A DNA stretch of 64,000 nucleotides from NCBI GenBank assembly GCA_947471565.1, contig CANIVT010000009.1, positions 31,170 through 95,169 on the forward strand, in the 5' to 3' direction. The translations under genes and the position numbers were made by a program. The notes beneath the pieces are model-generated. The model was not told the origin of the DNA. It worked only from the letters and a program-made list of their open reading frames with translations, and ran no database searches. Numbering within the stretch: the first letter of the stretch is position 1; each line of letters opens with the position of its first letter. Shown one piece after another: positions 63,278 to 64,000 of the stretch. The DNA is from Spartobacteria bacterium. GTDB taxonomy: Bacteria > Verrucomicrobiota > Verrucomicrobiia > Chthoniobacterales > UBA6821.

Positions 63278-64000
63278 TCACGGCTTCTTCCTGAGAAAAG
63301 CCGTTGCATTCGAAGTCTGCACAAATTGGGTGGCGGCCCCGGGGTTTATACTTCGCCATTGCGAGATCACTTGGGAAAGAGTTCCCTCGCGAAGCTGTCG
63401 GTCCGTGATCTGGGTGCTCCAGTAGGCTGCCGCTTCCGGATCGCTGCCGGCAAGCGCACTGCCGAACGATGATAGAGCGGCATTACGATCCGCCGGCTTT
63501 GGAATACGCTGAATCCAACGGAGTGCTTCGGAGGAATCGGATCGTGTCCATGTAGCGGCGAGGGCACCCACGGCGGCAGCTCGTTCCTTTCCTGCCGGGA
63601 TGGTCCAGACCCAAGCGGCGGCGGCCATTGGATCGATCGAAGCCCAACTGGATGCAAGTGAGGAGACCCTTTGAGAGAAGAAGGAGCGACCGGCGCCCGT
63701 CGTCATCCAGGCAACTGCCGCCTCGGGGTCAGAACTCACAAAACTGCCGAGAGCTGCATCCATAGCACGCCGCTGCACGGGGCCGGGTTCCAGCCGTGGT
63801 CCCGTCAGCGCGCCAGTGCTTGCCGCACGGCTCCAGAACAGGGCGGCCAGGGGATCCTTGCGTGCCCATTCAGCAGCGAGCCGACTGGCCAGTGGCAGTT
63901 GGATCTCCATGGGCTGGTTTGCCAGCCATTCCGCAGCGGCAAGCGGATCCCTTCGCATCCAGGATCCAAACACCTGTTGCAGTGTCCTTTCACGAAGCGG
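63278..64000 (-). CDS. paralog of the 32-residue-repeat protein, 5' end outside window
   Basis: The reading frame stays open to the window edge. The upstream residues '...RERTLQQVFGSWMRRDP' continue the repeat register seen in 'REGTLSQVISQWRSINP'. Confidence 0.55.
   Translation of the reverse strand, partial: PLRERTLQQVFGSWMRRDPLAAAEWLANQPMEIQLPLASRLAAEWARKDPLAALFWSRAASTGALTGPRLEPGPVQRRAMDAALGSFVSSDPEAAVAWMTTGAGRSFFSQRVSSLASSWASIDPMAAAAWVWTIPAGKERAAAVGALAATWTRSDSSEALRWIQRIPKPADRNAALSSFGSALAGSDPEAAAYWSTQITDRQLREGTLSQVISQWRSINPGAATQFVQTSNATAFLRKKP

Noticed and set aside
1-64000. CRISPR arrays, integrases, transposases, phage genes and known defence-system genes
   Set aside because: I scanned both the ORF translations and the sequence. 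I saw no regularly spaced direct-repeat array and no recombinase, transposase or phage structural signature. The only repeats are the short intergenic families reported above.

Overview
High-GC (~60% by eye), densely coding chromosomal window. Prepilin-type 'GFTLIELLVV' / H-X9-DG pseudopilin paralogs and weak Shine-Dalgarno usage suggest a PVC-group bacterium, most likely Verrucomicrobiota; this is inference only. All protein calls come from motif recognition in the supplied ORF translations, with no database search. I call about 67 protein genes and 3 tRNAs (Ser-GGA, Thr-CGT, Gly-CCC). Most genes are housekeeping: thrC, lysC, ffh-rpsP-KH, ruvB, trpC, uvrC, bioF/bioB, rnr, two PFK paralogs, an OmpR/PhoR-like two-component pair, dusB, lptF/G, dinG, hldD, yajQ, DAHP synthase, apt, queF-queC-queE, miaA, purU, aspC-like, ispA-like, ptsI and mpl. 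No CRISPR array, integrase, transposase or recognisable defence system is visible. The leads that stand out: (1) A translationally coupled cfa-like / DUF1295 / cfa-like operon next to an MGDG-synthase-like glycosyltransferase, a candidate lipid-tailoring system. (2) A non-palindromic triple-octamer element (RCGCRGAG x3) placed in sense orientation just after four stop codons. (3) A family of shuffled 8-13 nt 'word' repeats, purine-rich after stops and pyrimidine-rich before starts. (4) A low-GC islet with a small 3-TM ORF between hldD and yajQ. (5) A REP-like hairpin with a compensatory base-pair change. (6) Unusual proteins: a tandem NDK-like protein, an RRM protein with an RS/RGG-like N-terminal tail, and two paralogous 32-residue-repeat proteins. 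(7) A DUF433/DUF5615 toxin-antitoxin pair and a tRNA-Ser 3'-end duplication scar.
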